Below are positions 63,363-64,000 of a stretch of 64,000 bases of DNA, piece after piece. Source of the stretch: Actinomycetota bacterium (GTDB lineage Bacteria > Actinomycetota > UBA4738 > CALAEC01); NCBI GenBank assembly GCA_036001425.1, contig DASYUI010000015.1, positions 9,520 to 73,519 on the forward strand, written 5' to 3'. Positions within the stretch are counted from its first letter, which is position 1; the number at the start of each line of letters is the position of its first letter. The notes under the pieces were generated by a model. The model saw only the letters and a list, made by a program, of their open reading frames with translations. It did not search any database and was not told where the DNA came from. The position numbers and the translations under genes are program-made.

Positions 63363-64000
63363 GTGCCGCATCGGGTCACGCTCCTCCCCGGGGACGGCAT
63401 CGGCCCGGAGGTCGCCGCGGCGGCCCGCCGCGTGGTCGAGGCCACCGGCGTCGAGGTCGAGTGGGACGTTCAGCTTGCCGGGGCGGCGGTCCTCGACACG
63501 GAAGGCACCCCTCTCCCCGACCGCGTGATCGATTCCATCCGCGACTCCCGGATCGCCCTCAAGGGCCCCATCACCACACCCGTGGGAACGGGCTTTCGGA
63601 GCGTGAACGTTGCGCTTCGCCAGGAGCTCGACCTGTTCGCGGCGGTCCGTCCGTCCCGCGACTTCCGTGGAGTTCCCACGAGATACCCCGGCGTCGACAT
63701 CGTCGTCATCCGCGAGAACACCGAGGATCTGTACCAGGGGGTGGAGTTCCAGCGATCGTCGATGGAGGTGGCCCGGTTGAGCGTTGCGCTGAAGGAGCTG
63801 GCCGGTTTCACGCTCAAGGACGACGCGGGGGTCACGCTCAAACCCATCTCGGTAACCGGCACGCGCCGGATCGTTCGGTTCGCCCTGGAGCATGCGCGGC
63901 GCCACGGACGCAAGCGGATCACGGTGGGTCACAAGGCCAACATCATGAAGTTCTCCGACGGCGTCTTCCTGGCCACGGCTCTGGAGGTGGCCGAGGAGTA
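63363..64000 (+). CDS. isocitrate/isopropylmalate dehydrogenase family protein, IDH-like (3' end outside window)
   Basis: Own translation from GTG at 63363: VPHRVTLLPGDGIGPEVAAAARRVVEATG...ALKGPITTPVGTGFRSVNVALRQELDLFAAVRP...VVIRENTEDLY.... Open to the window end. Not in the ORF track because there is no stop. Confidence 0.8.
   Translation, partial: MPHRVTLLPGDGIGPEVAAAARRVVEATGVEVEWDVQLAGAAVLDTEGTPLPDRVIDSIRDSRIALKGPITTPVGTGFRSVNVALRQELDLFAAVRPSRDFRGVPTRYPGVDIVVIRENTEDLYQGVEFQRSSMEVARLSVALKELAGFTLKDDAGVTLKPISVTGTRRIVRFALEHARRHGRKRITVGHKANIMKFSDGVFLATALEVAEE

Overview
Very GC-rich (by eye, not computed), gene-dense bacterial chromosome segment. The gene content looks like Actinomycetota: an LCP ligase, F420-dependent NADP reductase, an AccE-type epsilon subunit, and mycobacterial-type sdh and frd genes. 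This taxonomic call is inference only. I saw no rRNA, tRNA, CRISPR array, transposase or integrase.

Content from left to right:
- 1-10.2 kb, minus strand: a 12-gene, translationally coupled cell-wall polysaccharide locus. It contains an LCP ligase, rmlACBD, Wzm/Wzt ABC exporter, glycosyltransferases, a small flippase-like protein and an NDP-sugar pyrophosphorylase.
- 10-37 kb: acyl-CoA metabolism (Acs-family ligase, thioesterase, two ACADs, thiolase, Hbd, methylmalonyl-CoA epimerase, PccB/AccE). Interspersed are an FtsH-like protease, a tandem metzincin, a frameshifted GAF-GGDEF-GAF-HD-GYP gene and an M23 peptidase.
- 37.3-41.9 kb: a large cyclase-NTPase-TPR protein bracketed by RelE/Phd and VapBC toxin-antitoxin pairs.
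- 42-46 kb: an operon of two thiolase-fold proteins that lack the Cys/His/Cys catalytic residues, plus a VOC protein and two DUF35 proteins.
- 46-52 kb: BirA, a GNAT, biotin carboxylase/BCCP, F420:NADP reductase, and a methylmalonyl-CoA mutase catalytic subunit without a B12 domain.
- 53.8-60.5 kb: an eight-gene respiratory cluster in which an frdA-frdBC(fused)-frdD cassette sits between sdhCDA and sdhB.
- 60.5-64 kb: two tandem cupredoxin paralogs and a partial isocitrate dehydrogenase-family gene.

Three observations stand out:
1. The nested sdh/frd arrangement, including a FrdB-FrdC fusion.
2. A seven-copy modular hairpin repeat. Every copy is co-oriented with the upstream gene, and most begin directly at its stop codon.
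3. The Cys-less thiolase/DUF35/VOC operon.

Many long ORFs in the supplied track are antisense or read-through artefacts of the high GC content. I trimmed or rejected these.
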